DNA of 63,689 bases, filler included, from Cercozoa sp. M6MM (GCA_040357565.1; 12 parts of 12 records of this genome joined end to end with filler, not necessarily neighbours in it), one strand, 5' to 3'. Positions 13,015 to 26,650 are shown, counted from the whole stretch's first letter. Notes: generated by a model not told the origin, from the sequence alone. Numbers and translations are program-made.

Positions 13015-13260
13015 GACAGGAACGCACCGTATGAGAACGTAATGGAGTGACTGTAGAAGGCCGCACGAGCTGCCGCGCCAAGCAGTCAAAATAACACTTC
13101 AACTGAGCTTAGATACAGTAAACTGAAAGGAAACATACAGACCTTGCGACACACGTGTTGGCGACCTCCGTACGGCGACGTCAGCGACTGGCCTTGGGTG
13201 CCGCTGTCGAAACATGGGCAAGGTAAACTGACAGTAGGACCAGATTTGAGAGTGTGTGCA
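9135..13260 (-). CDS. Multi-exon hypothetical membrane protein, partial
   Basis: GC-rich exons between AT-microsatellite introns, with several hydrophobic helices (LGLLAALSVCAFVLLLLSLYL; LALLTTLVFVSVLLSVLGALV; FVSVTLIATVTVVCFAF). Confidence 0.5.
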
Positions 13261-13404
13261 CGGTACCAAGCAGCGTGAAGCACGACNNNNNNNNNNNNNN
13301 NNNNNNNNNNNNNNNNNNNNNNNNNNNNNNTTAATTAATTAANNNNNNNNNNNNNNNNNNNNNNNNNNNNNNNNNNNNNNNNNNNNCATAGCATTTATAG
13401 AGGG

Positions 13405-13706
13405 GCACCTGGGCCAGGCGCAGTGTCGTGACACCCTGGACAAGCGACGCGTCCGAAGCCAGACGGCTAGCCACCTACATTCCCTCTCGTCAGCAAAAAG
13501 CAGACACACAGACACAGGAGGAGGCCTATCTACCACGGCAGACGAGTGACTCTCGTCATCGTGCCAGCCCATCTCGAAGCGCAGGATCTGCATGCATCAT
13601 CTTCCTACCTGGTAACAGGCACGGGACAATGCGCTACCTTGTCGAACGACAGCACACGCAGCTGCTTGGTCAGACGCTCGCCACTACGCACACACACATA
13701 CATACA

Positions 13707-13761
<55 letters not shown>

Positions 13762-15788
13762 TAAACTACCTGACACCAAAGCCGTAGCCGCGAATGAGTG
13801 AACCGAACAGCAGCAACACTGCACACACACACACGTACCAACACAAAAGTTGATTCAATAAAGAAAGCATACGGCCCATGCCGATGAAGAGAATCATGAA
13901 CAGCAGCGCGTCGTCCTTCTGCTTCTCCGGGTCGGCCAGCACCTCCACGCGGAGGAAGCTAAACATACAACATATATATATACATCCATATAGATGGTGT
14001 GTATGTGTGTAGCATACAGGTTGGTCATCTCGCCGAACAGCAGGCCAATCACGGGCTGAGCCACACCGCTGAAGGCGCAGCCGATGGCGCCCAGCACGAT
14101 GTACCACACGTCCTGCAAGGTAGGTCGGTCAGACAGGGTCCAGATGAACGGTACAGATGAACAGATGAGCAAGAGAGGTACGTTCTTCTGCAGGGCAAAC
14201 ACGCGCGACACGGCCACCTCGGGCACCTCCCACTTGACATCCTCGGGATCCACGGCATCGTCGGCGTTCTTCTTGTCGATCTTCTCGTCTGCCGCCGGTT
14301 CCTTCTCTTGCGCCGCGGCCGTCTGTCCCATCACACACACACATACACATACCAGAGTCAGGACACTATGGACACAGAGCAAGACTCGAGGTACATCAGT
14401 AAGCACGGACATTTCCGAGGCCCGCTTGCGCAGCTCCTCCACCTCTTGCGAGATTACACCTGCCAAGAGTACGACATTATACATACCAGATAAATATATA
14501 TACATATACCCTATATATACATACCAACACGCTCAGCATCGTGCAGCAGCACGACCGACTCGCGGCGCGCCTGGTCGACCTATGTCAGAGGGGTTAGAGG
14601 AATAGCGGGGGAGGGGGTGAGGGATAAAACTCTACCATGTCAACATCGCCGGCCTGGGCAGCGTCCTCGGCGTCGTGCTTGGCCTGCGCCATGCACAGGG
14701 CAAAGTACAGGCCCTGCGACTGCAGCAACTCGTCGTGCGGACTGCACAATATGCGTATGTAAGTACACATAATGCACATATATAGTATACCCCTCCTCGA
14801 CCATGACGCCGTCCTGCACGACGACGATTTTGTCGCTGTTGCGAATCGTCGACAAACGGTGCGCCACCACCAGCGTGGTACGGCCTGTCTCATACACAAC
14901 CACACATGCAACCATCTATATTACATATATATATATATATAATATACATACACATGTATAAATAGAAAAAAATAAATATACATATATAATATATATATAT
15001 ACAGTTGAAGCACCTTCCATAAGACGGTCCAGTGCCTCCTGCACGATGCGCTCAGACTCGTTGTCCAGAGCAGACGTGGCTTCGTCCTACACAGCAAGCA
15101 GGCACACCACCTGTCAAGCAAGGGCAGACAGGAAACAAGACAGGAAACACACCAGGATGAGAATCTTCGGGTCACGCACGATGGCACGTGCGATGGCGAT
15201 ACGCTATGGGAGGGAGGGGTTAGGGGTTCAAGGGGGTAGGGGAAAGGGGGTTAAGGGGTTCAGGGGGTAGGGGGGTTAAGGGAGTAAAGCACCTGCTTCT
15301 GACCGCCCGAGAGCTGCGAGCCGCCCTCGCCGACGAAGGAGTTGACGCCGTCCGGCAGGCGCTGCACAAAGTCCCACGCGTTCGCCTTCTTCAGCGCCGC
15401 CTCCACGTCCGCGTCCGTCACCGACTCAATCGAGTCCGGTCGGCCAAAGCTGTCCATACGTACACCCATATACGTACGCCCATAGAGCCACACCAGAGTC
15501 CATATACAGAGTCCATATGGACCGCCTATGTACCGAACATTGTCAGCGATGGAGCCTTGGAACAGAATCGGCATTTGCGAGACGACACCCTGGACAGCGG
15601 AAAGGGTCAAGGGAGGAGGCAGTAGGAGGGGGCGAAAGGGGGAGGCCCTACCATTTGGGCACGCCACCAGGCAACGTTGAGGTCCTTGAGAGGCACGCCA
15701 TCGACACTGACGCGGCCTCGCGCCGGATCGTACAGACGTTGCACCTGTCATATATATATATATATCTAGATTATATAGACATATACAG

Positions 15789-15833
<45 letters not shown>

Positions 15834-17112
15834 TATTTAAATACATACAATATATATATATATGTGTGTGCACAGGGGTGATACCAACTTCAAGATAGTG
15901 CTCTTGCCGCTGCCGCTGCCGCCGACAAAGGCGACCTTCTGACCCGGCAGCACCGAGACACTGAGGCCCTGGAAGAGCGGCTGGTCCGGTCGCGACGGGT
16001 AGCAGAAATGCACGTCCTCCAGAGTGATCTCGCCCTGGAAGGCACCGTCCTCGATCGTCTTGCCCGTCTCCCCTGTGCATGCACACATGTACATTGGCAT
16101 ACACTTGAGGGAGGCAAGGGGTAAACCATACGGTTCAGAGGATCAATGGCCGACTCGCGATCGATGACATTCCACAACTTGAACGCAGCCGCCTTGGCCT
16201 TGACGGCAGCTACACAGAGGGTAGGGGTCAGAGGTAGGGGTCAAAGGTAGGGTAGGGGGTAAAGGGTAGGGGGGTAAAGGGTAGGGTGCACCAGTGATGG
16301 AAGGCACGGCCTGTCCGATGGACATGGCGCCAATGAAGACACCGAAGAAGGCGCCCATGACAGAGGCGGCGTCGTACGGGTCGCCGTTCGTCGCCTTGGT
16401 CTCTTCGCGCACCAGCATGGCGCCGTACCACATGCCGACTGTACATGCACAAGACACACCCACATAGACACACACAAAGATATATCTATATATCTAGTTA
16501 TACAGTTACATATATATACATATATATGTATGTATATATTTATGTATATATACAGTAGAGTGTATATAGGCGGTACCGCCCTCGGCGGCAAAGATGAGCA
16601 TCATGACCACGCCGAGCAGGCCGCCGTTGAACACGGACTGCTTGAGGCCGATGCGCTCGCTCTCGTCGAGATTGGACGTGTAGTGCGACAGCGCCTTGTG
16701 CTGCTGTCCAAAGGCCGTCACCGTGCGGATCTGCTGCAGCGCCTCGTCGGCAATCGTGCCCTGCAAAGCAGCCCAGTCACAAGGACCGCACGGTGGGTAA
16801 GATAGAGACAAAAGTACAGCGCGCTGGTAGGCGTCTTGAGCAGCGCCCTGCAGCTTCTGCAGGAAGAGGCCGTACAGCGCCGTCGTCAGACCCAGGAAGG
16901 GCACGAACGCCATGATCACGAGCGACAGCTGCCAACCCTTCCAGAATCCGAGTGCGATGCCGCCAACTGCACCACAATAACATACGATATGTATACATAT
17001 CTTTATCATACATATATTTATTTATACAGGCATATTTTACATGCTTATAAAACATAGCTAGGTGCTACCGAAGGCAACGACGTTGAAGTAGAACATGAAG
17101 ACCTTGTCACCT
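13405..17112 (-). CDS. ABC transporter subfamily B (MDR/P-glycoprotein-like): TMD1-NBD1 and start of TMD2, partial
   Basis: [36 protein letters not shown], Walker [10 protein letters not shown], signature [35 protein letters not shown], then a second TMD. Confidence 0.93.
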
Positions 17113-17130
17113 GTGAAGACACTCGCAGTA

Positions 17131-17202
<72 letters not shown>

Positions 17203-17333
17203 NNNNNNNNNNNNNNNNNNNNNNNNNNNNNNNNNNNNNNNNNNNNTTAATTAATTAANNNNNNNNNNNNNNNNNNNNNNNNNNNNNNNNNNNNNNNNNN
17301 NNGGGGAGGTAACGGTAGGATGGGGTAAGAACG

Positions 17334-17876
17334 TACAGCGCAGGCTTGAGGATGTTGGCGGCATCCATGGCGCCGCCGCTGCGACCGGCGCCGACCAGCA
17401 TGTGCAACTCGTCGACGAACATGATCACCTTGCCCTCGGTCTTCTCGACGTCCTTCAGCACGCCCTTGAACCGCTCTTCGAACTCACCATGGAACTGGTC
17501 ACATCAACAAGGGTAACATCAAGGTGGAAATGCGTAAAGGTAATACCTTGGCACCGGCGATCAACGCAGCCAGATCCAGTGTAACAACCTGGAGAGAGGG
17601 GAGAGGGAGGGGTAAAAGGTAAAGGGCTAAAGGGGCTAAAGTCTTACCTCACAGTCGCGCACCGAGTCCGGCACATCGCCGCGTGCGATCTCCTACAGGA
17701 CACCAGGTCTAACGTCCTGGGGGGGGGGGGGGGGGGTTCGAATCATGCAAAAAGAGAACCGTGTGATAAATAAGACNNNNNNNNNNNNNNNNNNNNNNNN
17801 NNNNNNNNNNNNNNNNNNNNNNNNNNNNNNNNNNNNNNNNNNNNNNNNNNNNNNNNNNNNNNNNNNNNNNNNNNNN

Positions 17877-17924
<48 letters not shown>

Positions 17925-18408
17925 AGGAGTAGAAGGAACCAAAGGGAGCAAAGTGTACCGGGTTGTTCTTGGTACGTCGGGACAGCACTTGGATGGTGCG
18001 CCGGATCTCCGTATCACGTCCGATCACAGGGTCCAACTTGCCTGTCGTGTTATGCACATTAACCATTGCACAACACAAAGAAAACAACACGAGACTGGGA
18101 GACGCACCTTGCTTGGCCATCTCGGACAGGTTGGTGCAGTACTTCTTCAGGAACTCGCCATCCGGCATTGAGTCCGGGTTGACCCAGGCGTCTTGCCCAC
18201 CTGTGCTCGGTACCGACAGCATCCGCTGCTGCTGCTGCTTCTAAGGTCAAACACACAGCAGACATAAAGCACAGTCACAAGCAAGCGACTTCCCCGGAGT
18301 GCAGTATACCTGCGAGCGCCGAGCTAGTCGCGCAAATTGCGTCAGCTGGCGTCGCTGCGAGCGCACCGATCGTGCCACCACGCGAGCCACTCGGCTTGCA
18401 CCCGACAT
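17334..18408 (-). CDS. HSP78: Mitochondrial ClpB/Hsp78 disaggregase, 3'-partial
   Basis: Arg/Ser-rich presequence and no Clp N-domain. Motifs [66 protein letters not shown] and [11 protein letters not shown]. Confidence 0.9.
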
Positions 18409-18824
18409 TGTTCAGTTCTCTTCTTTTTCGTCTCGTCTCTCCAGCTGCTCTTGTTCAGAAACTCCGCACAAAACTCTGGTCTGCGCACAAGGTCATTTCA
18501 TGAGTTGCAAAACCTGCAAACTATTTGCGGACACACCTAAATCTACCAGTTCTTGCTCGAAAACCAATTTGACAAAGTATTACAAGCCGCTCAAGTGATT
18601 TAGAAGCTAGATAGTCGATGCTTCGCGTTGTTTCGAACATTCTGGGCATCGGCTCAAGTTGAGGCGAAAAGTGGAGTGACCCAACACCGTCATTGACAGT
18701 TGACAGTGAAGCAGATGATACAATAAACCGTCACTGGAAAGAACAGACGAAAAGGCAGAGCTTAGGTGTCAGTGGTGTGTACGTTAGAAATAAGAGCGCC
18801 TTAAGTGTGTGCGCGTACCGGAAA

Positions 18825-19870
18825 ATGAAGTCATTGCACTTTGGCAATGTTGACGATTGCATTGACACTGTCCCAGGTACGGGTAGAATGTGTCTGCTCG
18901 TCCAAGTTGTTGAATCCAAGCCTCCGTGCAGAGCTGCCCAGCGAAAATCGCGCCAAACTCGAAGAGCTACGCGTGCACTTTGCCGATCTCCCAGCTCCCT
19001 TGGTATACCGGGGAGACAGCAGCGAGGTGATCTCATTTTCGCGGGTGCTTCTACACAGAAAGAGACCGTCGGAGAAAGTGACTTTCTGCGCTTCTTGCGT
19101 GCGCGCGATTGGGACGTGTCTGCCGCGGCACAGATGCTGCAGCACACGCTGCACTTCCGCGATCGCTTCCGAGTTCCTGGTACGGGGGGGGGGGGCCCTA
19201 TGATACAGAGTCAGAGATGACAAGCGTGGTTTGTTCGCAGGAGTGCTGGAGAGACCGGCACCCCCAGGACTGGACTACTTGCTGTCTTTCTTTGTGTAAG
19301 TTTGACTTGACTGTACGGATTAAGGAGACACTTCAGTCGCGTTACCGAGGCCTGTGCTGGGCAGGCAACTCACGGTGCCAGAAGGCGGCGTCGTGCGATG
19401 CGAGCACTTTGGCCGTCTGCTGTCGTCACGCCTGCCGACTCTGTTCAGTAGGTTGCTGTCTCCTATCAGTTTGGCTGTGATTGAATGAAATAATCTCATG
19501 GTACCTCGTAGCCGAGGAGACCTACGCCAAGGTGCAGATCTACCGACAGGAACTCGCGTAGCCACAGTTGTTTGACCCCTGGACTTTTTGTCTACAGTTG
19601 ACTATGTGTAGAACGGCAATGCTGCGCTACGAAAGCAATGCCTGGGGAAAGCCGTTTGAATCCGTAAGTTGTTTTTGCACCGCAGCCTTGACTTTCCTAA
19701 CTTTCCATACCCTGCACCTCTGACCTGTCAGTATGCTATGTGCTACCCCAGTAGTTTAGTTACGTTGGCGTACTGCACGGTCTGTCGACGCAGGCGCGGC
19801 GGTCGTTATGGCTGTCGCGACTCGCGTCTCGTCAAGACAGTGATCACTACCCGGGCTGTGCTGGAAAGGT
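18825..19870 (+). CDS. Sec14/CRAL-TRIO lipid-binding protein, partial; start approximate
   Basis: CRAL-TRIO N motif LEELR...DFLRFLRARDWDVSAAAQMLQHTLHFR, followed by VVRCEHFGRL. Confidence 0.75.
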
Positions 19871-19897
19871 CATCTGGACTGCCTCTGTCTTTACTGG

Positions 19898-19945
<48 letters not shown>

Positions 19946-20045
19946 NNNNNNNNNNNNNNNNNNNNNNNNNNNNNNNNNNNNNNNNNNNNTTAATTAATTA
20001 ANNNNNNNNNNNNNNNNNNNNNNNNNNNNNNNNNNNNNNNNNNNN

Positions 20046-20088
<43 letters not shown>

Positions 20089-21319
20089 TAAACTTATCCT
20101 CAGCATAAAGACGACTGACCCGGGCACAGTGTCGTCGCCGCTCCGCGTGGCAAAGACGGACACGCGGCCTGCGACGCAAGTGCAGCCGTAGCTTCAATGC
20201 GGCAACGCAGTCGGCACTGAGTGTTTTGGTGCGAAGCCACCCACCGGGCAGGAAATCAGCGGCGGATCGTGCCAGGTGTAGAAAATAGTGAACTTGGCTA
20301 CGGTTCAAATCACGACGGAAGGGCTCAGCTCATTGGTGCCGAGGATGCACAGTCCGCTGTAGGGGCCGCTGCTGCGGCACAGTCTTGAGGGTGTCCCGGT
20401 CTCGAAGCGGCCGGCAGCCGGAATCGTGGGTTCGTGCCCCCTCGCCATTAGATTGCTGTTTTTGCAGGTCCTGAAGGCGAAACTTCACTGTCCTCATCTT
20501 GTGCAGATGTTCTTGCTGTTGTTAGAAGTCGCAGGCAGAAAGGGTTCCGAAGGGTTCCGTCAACTGTATCCGGTTTCGCTGTTCAGTTTAAGACGAGGTT
20601 CCTCTTGGCAGTTTGTTAGGCCCGGTTAGCAAAGGACGCGGTTGTTCAGTGTGTTATTATAAGACGAAACACAGTGGAACGAAGTGCAGGTGGTGGCGTA
20701 GATCAAAAGTTGAGCCGCCGACTGTCAAGAGGACCTTTGGGAATACGTATATCATTGCCAGGCCGCTGTTGGCCTGATCCGTGACACATCATTGCTGTCA
20801 GGGCACATTGCTGCTGCGTCGCAACTGTTTTGGCGCGTCGTTGTTGTGTCGTTTAAACAGATTGAAGTGCACTTAATTGAAAGCGCAATTAAAAAAAGGA
20901 CGGTACTGGGGCCTCTGGCCGATCTTGAAGACTTGCCGCCCAAACGGACACCATACACTACTACTACACCGCCGTTTAGGGCAGAGCTCCTTGATGTCGA
21001 GCCGGATGCTGCACGAGCCGGTGGATCTGAGCCGGTGCAGCCAAAAATTCAAAAATTCTGCCTCGAACTTTTGAGGAAGGTACGTGCCACACACCCGCTG
21101 ATGTGCGCGGCGTGATTGCGTGAAATTGGCAGCCGCAGCCCTGCATTTTTGAGTGCATTTTCTCGTTTTTCTGGGTTTTGGACCAGCCGGCCTGGAGACT
21201 GTGTATGTGCCGGCTTGCGTGTGGTTTAGCCTGTTGCATTTCGTTTGTGTTTTCTTTTTGATGTGTGAATCTGTCGCATTGTGTTGCTGGTTGACAGCAC
21301 GCCTATTTTGCGCCAAAAG

Positions 21320-21938
21320 ATGCTGCAAGTCCGTAAATACCAGTCGAACCCGCTGTAATACTTATACATCCCCACTGCCATGGATGCCGCGTGATCATTG
21401 CCGCCCGTTTTGGTGTGTCATATTTAGGCTGTCGCGTCGTCAGTTCGTCGTTGACGTGAGTTGTGCTTTTGTGTTGGGTGGAGTCGTGGATGCGTGTATT
21501 TTTTGAGGATAGGTGCTGCACGAGGGCAAGAGCGCCCCGTCGAAGGCCGAGATCGCCGCAGAGCTCACGACGCGTTACGGCGCCGTCCCCGGCACTGTCG
21601 TGCTGTTCGGTATATATCGTGCGTCCTTGAATCTCGATGGTGTATTATGTGGGTCGGTGTGCGCAGGCTTCCGCACCCAGTACGGCGGTGGCAAGAGCAC
21701 CGGTTTCGGTCTCATCTATGACACGCTGGCCGATTTGAAGAAGTTCGAGCCTAAGTACCGCCAGGTGCGTCTTGGCGTTGCCGAGCGCGTTGAGCAGAGC
21801 CGCAAGCAGATCAAGGAGCTCAAGAACCGGTAGCAACTGCTGTGTGGGCGTGTTGTGTTGTGGGCATAATTATTTGTCTTATGCTTGTCCCACAGACGCA
21901 AGAAGGTCCGCGGCAAGGCCAAGGTCGCCATGGCCTAA
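21320..21938 (+). CDS. RPS24: 40S ribosomal protein S24 (eS24), 5 exons
   Basis: Spliced protein MLQVRKYQSNPLLSRRQFVVDVLHEGK...FGFRTQYGGGKSTGFGLIYD...KKFEPKYRQVR...RKQIKELKNRRKKVRGKAKVAMA*. Confidence 0.97.
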
Positions 21939-22369
21939 GTTTGACGGAGAGACATACGGAACACCCACTCACTGAGACGAATCGTTGCGGCTTGTTTTGT
22001 AAATGGCGTAAAAGGCATGCAATAAAGTAGAAATGGAAACGTCGAAATCGGCTCAGTTCTCACCGGAGCCGTCTAGACTAGGGAATTGCGGGTACTCTGC
22101 TGGTGATGCTGGGGAGGGATACCTACCGTTCTTCGCACGGCGTGTTTCTGCTGCATGTCTGCAACAGTTGCTCCTGACACAAAGTGCCATCACGTAACGA
22201 CAGCGAACAAACCAAAAGCAGTAAATTAACTCATACGGCGGTGGCTACGTGCAGCTGCGAACGCTGAAACCGTACGGCCAAGCGCTTGTGACCCACCCAG
22301 GACCGACACAGGGAAACTGCATCGTTGGTTACCAAACTAATCAACTTAAAGACTATATAACCGAACGCA

Positions 22370-24170
22370 TCAATTGACAGCAGTGACGATGCGCTCCTCC
22401 AGTGCCCCGCCGTCTGCGTCGTCGATGCACACGAGCACCGCGTCAACGTTAATCAGGCGGGCGACGACGTGCAGCACAATGAGTCGCTGCCGCTGCAGCG
22501 CGTCGGCGTCCTCTGTGTCTCCGTGCCGCTGCAGGTACTCGCGCACCAGCTCGGCAACGCGACAGTCTGTGTTCGTCGCACAAGGGACATAAAACCACGC
22601 AACACACGGAGTGACTCCCTGGGCAAGGTAGAAATAAAACAGCAAACGCACGACTCCGGCCGTCGCGTCTGAGAACCTCCAGCAGCCGCCTGCAACAAAA
22701 ACAAAATGATCAAGCAGAGCAAAGCAGGACGAAGCATCGACGACAACGTCGCGCGCTCGGGACAACAAGCAGGGAATGTAAAAACGTACGCCGTTATTGT
22801 CTTAAACGTTGACCTACGAAAACGCGCATGCACACCCACGGGAGGGGGGGGGGGCAGGTAAGAGACAGGGAGGAAAGGCACCATGTGATGGTGAGATCCG
22901 CATCCGGCGTGTCCTCGTCACCACTGTGATTGTCATCGTCGCGCATCGCTCCCACCGCCGTTGACTGCAGCTCGTCGTCCGCGCCAAGGACGACGTCATC
23001 GGCTCCGATCGACGTGATGCAAGTGCGTACCAGACGTGCCGCCTCAGCGACATGCTGCTCCGTGACGGTGCTGCTGAGGTGCAGGCGCGCGTACGCTTCC
23101 GACAACCGCACCACAGACTCGAGCTGGCGCACTGTAATGCGGTAGGCGTTGCTGTGCACGCCGGTGGCGTCGGCGCCGCGCAGCTCGCCGTACACCTCGA
23201 CGAGCTTGCGCCGCGCACCGCGCGTGATCTTAGGCCGAATGCGCCGCGCGAGGTGAATGTAGCTGCGGACCTCTTCGGCAGTAAATTCCTCCTGCTGCTG
23301 CTGCTGCTGCCGCCGCTGTGCCTGCCGTCTGCCGCTCGTCGATGTCGACGCCGCCGCTTGGTGCAGGCGCAGCACGTGCCGCGCAATGCGCTCGTCGACG
23401 GCCGGATTGCACTCGTCGAGCACGACAAAAAACAGGTCGAAGCGCGACAGAATCGGCGGCGAGATGGCGACGTTCTGCCGCAGACTGCGTGAGACGTCGT
23501 AGCGGCCGCCGATCGGATTGGCGGCTGCGAGGATCGAGGCACGCGCGTTCAGCGTGGCCTGGATGCCAGCCTTGGAGATTGAGATGGTCTGCTGCTCCAT
23601 CGCCTCGTGGATGGCGGCCTGGTCGATCGGATCCATCTTGTCGAACTCATCGATGCAGCAGATGCCGTTGTCGGCCAGCATGAGCGCGCCGGCCTGGATG
23701 CCGAACTCGCCCGTGTCGGCGTCGCGCACAACAGACGCCGTGAGGCCCGCGGCCGACGACGCCTTGCCCGACGTGTACAGCGCGCGCGGAGAGAAGCGCG
23801 TCACGAACTTGAGGAACTGCGACTTGGCCGTCGCCGCGTCACCGAGAATACAGATGTTGATGTCACCGCGCAGGCCAATGCCCTCTCGCGTGCGCTTGTG
23901 CACGCCGCCGAACAGCATGAGCAGCACACCGAGCTTGATGTCCTGGTGTCCGAAAATGTTGGGCGCCACCGTGCGCGCCAGTCGCTGCGCAATGTCTGGC
24001 ATGCGGCTCATGCGCAGCAGACGCTGCCGCTGCTCGTTGGTGAGTCCGGCCAGCTGCTGCGGCACGCTCCCGCCGCCGCCGCCCAGACCGTGTCCCGGCG
24101 TAGTCGCCTGTGGCTGCTGCTCCTTGTCGCCGAGCGACTCGACCGAGACGGCCAAGAAAGCGAGTCTGTG
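22370..24170 (-). CDS. MCM6: DNA replication licensing factor MCM6 (AAA+ and C-terminal domain), 5'-partial
   Basis: LFGGVHKRTREGIGLRGDINICILGD..TAKSQFLK, YTSGKASSAAGLTA, LMLADNGICCIDEFDKM, ILSRFDL, ITVRQLES..RLSEA. Confidence 0.92.
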
Positions 24171-24197
24171 CAAAGGCCATGGGTGCGTCTGTATGTG

Positions 24198-24252
<55 letters not shown>

Positions 24253-24353
24253 TNNNNNNNNNNNNNNNNNNNNNNNNNNNNNNNNNNNNNNNNNNNNTTA
24301 ATTAATTAANNNNNNNNNNNNNNNNNNNNNNNNNNNNNNNNNNNNNNNNNNNN

Positions 24354-24400
<47 letters not shown>

Positions 24401-24425
24401 AAGTATCGACTGTGTTGGTGTGTAG

Positions 24426-24776
24426 ATGATGACGAGAATGTCGAGACGCCGAGGGGTACCTTCCTCACACTCGTTCTTTTGACTTGCTTGATGTCTCACT
24501 GTGGTCCTACGCAGGTCCCTATGGCCAGTATGGCGTCTGCCGCCCCCCCTGCGGCACCGGAACCCATGAGTACTCTTCTTCTCTGGTCTGCGTGATTGTG
24601 TGCACACTCTGATGCATCTGCTGACAGTGTGCATGGCTGCCCCGGCCATGCGGTGCGACGCGCCTGCCGCTCCCCCGGTGGCGCCCGTGCAGAGCGTCTC
24701 CAACTCGGTCGACTCCATCTCCTACGGACAGGTGTCGCGCATGATGAAACAGCGCAAGAACAAGCGCGGCTACTGA
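24426..24776 (+). CDS. 3' exons of a hypothetical protein
   Basis: GT-AG introns with an Ala/Pro/Met-rich frame ending ...ISYGQVSRMMKQRKNKRGY*. Confidence 0.45.
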
Positions 24777-24907
24777 GGCAACGGACGTACGGTGCCGCAA
24801 GTCGCTTCGGTTCCCGGGCTGAAGTGAGTCGAGACACGTTAACGCACGTGTTGAATCGGTGTTTTACGTTACTTAATCAACCAAATTGTTCCACCTACGT
24901 ACATGTT

Positions 24908-25500
24908 ACCGTTTCTCAATCAAGTTGTCTACTAGTATGCGATGGTTAATGGAGAAGGATTTTGTTTTGCGAGCTTTCGATAGCTCATGCACTTTGACTG
25001 CAGTGCTTGGGCTGATTGTTGACTTCAATAAAGCTTTCGACGACCTTTTCTACAAGGATAAATTTATGTCTTCTGATCCTCCACTTCAACGTCTTTCTAA
25101 CTGACGTTAATACTTCCTTTATTTAGTCGTCTTCGATACCTTAGTTACTGGCTAATACCGTAACATGTGGAGAATCCCATGTCTTCCTTAAGATTCACGT
25201 CAAGAGCCACTCCAGCTCTTTCGGTTAAGTCTGAGTAAATTGACTTCGAAGAAGAAGACAGTGTCATGAACAAAAGGTTTGAAGATTTCGTTTAGCTTCC
25301 CATCTATCGGACAAGATTCATGAAAGATTGACTCTGAGACTTATCTGCTATCAGGACGTCTCTATGACTTTGAGACTAAGTTCAGCAAGCCCCTTGATTC
25401 GCAGGACTCGACAATTGAAGAACTCGAGTCTCGGATGGTGAAGTCCTTCGTCGACTTCGATGAGCACGTTCTGATAAGCGCGATGCCACTTTGACTCTTG
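24908..25500 (+). pseudogene. AT-rich decayed coding-like remnant preceded by a dispersed repeat
   Basis: Protein-like fragments (LGLIVDFNKAFDDLFYKDKF; KIDSETYLLSGRLYDFETKFSKPL..EELESRMVKSFVDFDEH) are broken by stops. The first ~65 nt resemble 52380-52475. Confidence 0.3.
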
Positions 25501-25649
25501 CAACCCAGTCACCTTCTTCAAGTTTGGCCTAAATGAAAAGGGAGTGTCTGACTCTCTGACTTCTCTCGTTTCTCAAAAGTTTGATTTGTTCGAATGTCGA
25601 TTTGCAGCTCATTTTATATTTATATACAGGTATACGTGTGCGATTATCT

Positions 25650-26650
25650 TGGTTTGACTATTCAGAGGTTCGTAGACCGGCGTCCAGAAAGGCAAAGACC
25701 GAGTCGGTGGCCGATGCACTGTACACACAGTGTCACCCTCCAATTCATGGTGTGCAAAAAAAAGGACAGGACAGGACAGGACAGGACAGGACAGGACAGG
25801 TGTACGTGGTGTAGACGTGTTTGGCGTGCCCGGCACTCACGCAGTCGCAGTGACCGATGCTTGGCGTCGGCTCGTCCAGCGGGAGCTTTGATGCCTACAC
25901 CCGGAAGGGTAAAGGGCGTAAAGGGTGGGGATATGGGAAAGGGGCAAGGGGGGTAAAGAGTGAGCGGACCGTCCAGTTGCGCGCGCGGTCGGCGAGGAAT
26001 TCCTTCACGTCGGTCGAGACGTCCGAGACGGCACCGTGTACCGAGTCGGTCAGAGCCAGTGCCTGTGTGTTAAGCACTTTACCCCACCCCCACCTCCCCC
26101 TTTTACCCCCCTTAACGCAAGAGAGTACCCGCAGACAGGTGAGCGAGGAGGGTCGTTGCGACAGGAGCGAGAGCGCACAGACGCCGCCGAAACTATGTGC
26201 CACCATGAGCAGTGTTTTGGGAGTACCTGCACTGACAGCCTTGTTCTGCTGGTCATGGTCAGGGTCGGAGTTCGGGTCACGGTCAGTCAGATAGTCGTAG
26301 ACAGCGAGCAGGTGCTGCTGCGGCGACTCGTACTTGGCACTGTTGGGATTGGCCACCAGCACCGACCAGTTGCGCTGCTGCGCCAGGTGGATGTAGGCCA
26401 GCGCAGAGCCACTCCCTGTAGATACACACACCCATGTGCATATATGTATGTATCTGTATATATGTATATATGTATCTGTATATGTATATATGTATATATG
26501 TATTACGTATATATGTATATATGTATATCTGTATATATGTATTACGTATATATGTATATATATATATATATCTGTATGTACGTATATATATAGTACTACT
26601 CAGAAAGTTAACATACACAGGCAGTCGTTGATGATGACACTGCGTGCCCT
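25650..26650 (-). CDS. FAM172A/ARB2A-like Arb2-domain alpha/beta-hydrolase-fold protein, 5'-partial
   Basis: IINDCL, GSALAYI..A...WSVLVANPN, SPQQHLLAVYDYL, VAHSFGG, ALALTDSVH, ARNW and CVSAGHAKHVYT follow the FAM172A motif order. Confidence 0.75.

Noticed and set aside
20060-20600. In-frame TGA codons (also at 51162) suggesting stop-codon reassignment
   Set aside because: Conserved genes (PIMT, RPS24, ATCase, MCM6, LPCAT) splice into open frames with no internal stops, and TGA ends ATCase and LPCAT at the expected positions. These regions are better explained as decayed or non-coding.
23518-24305. Long plus-strand ORFs opposite MCM6
   Set aside because: Antisense shadow ORFs caused by high GC3 codon usage.
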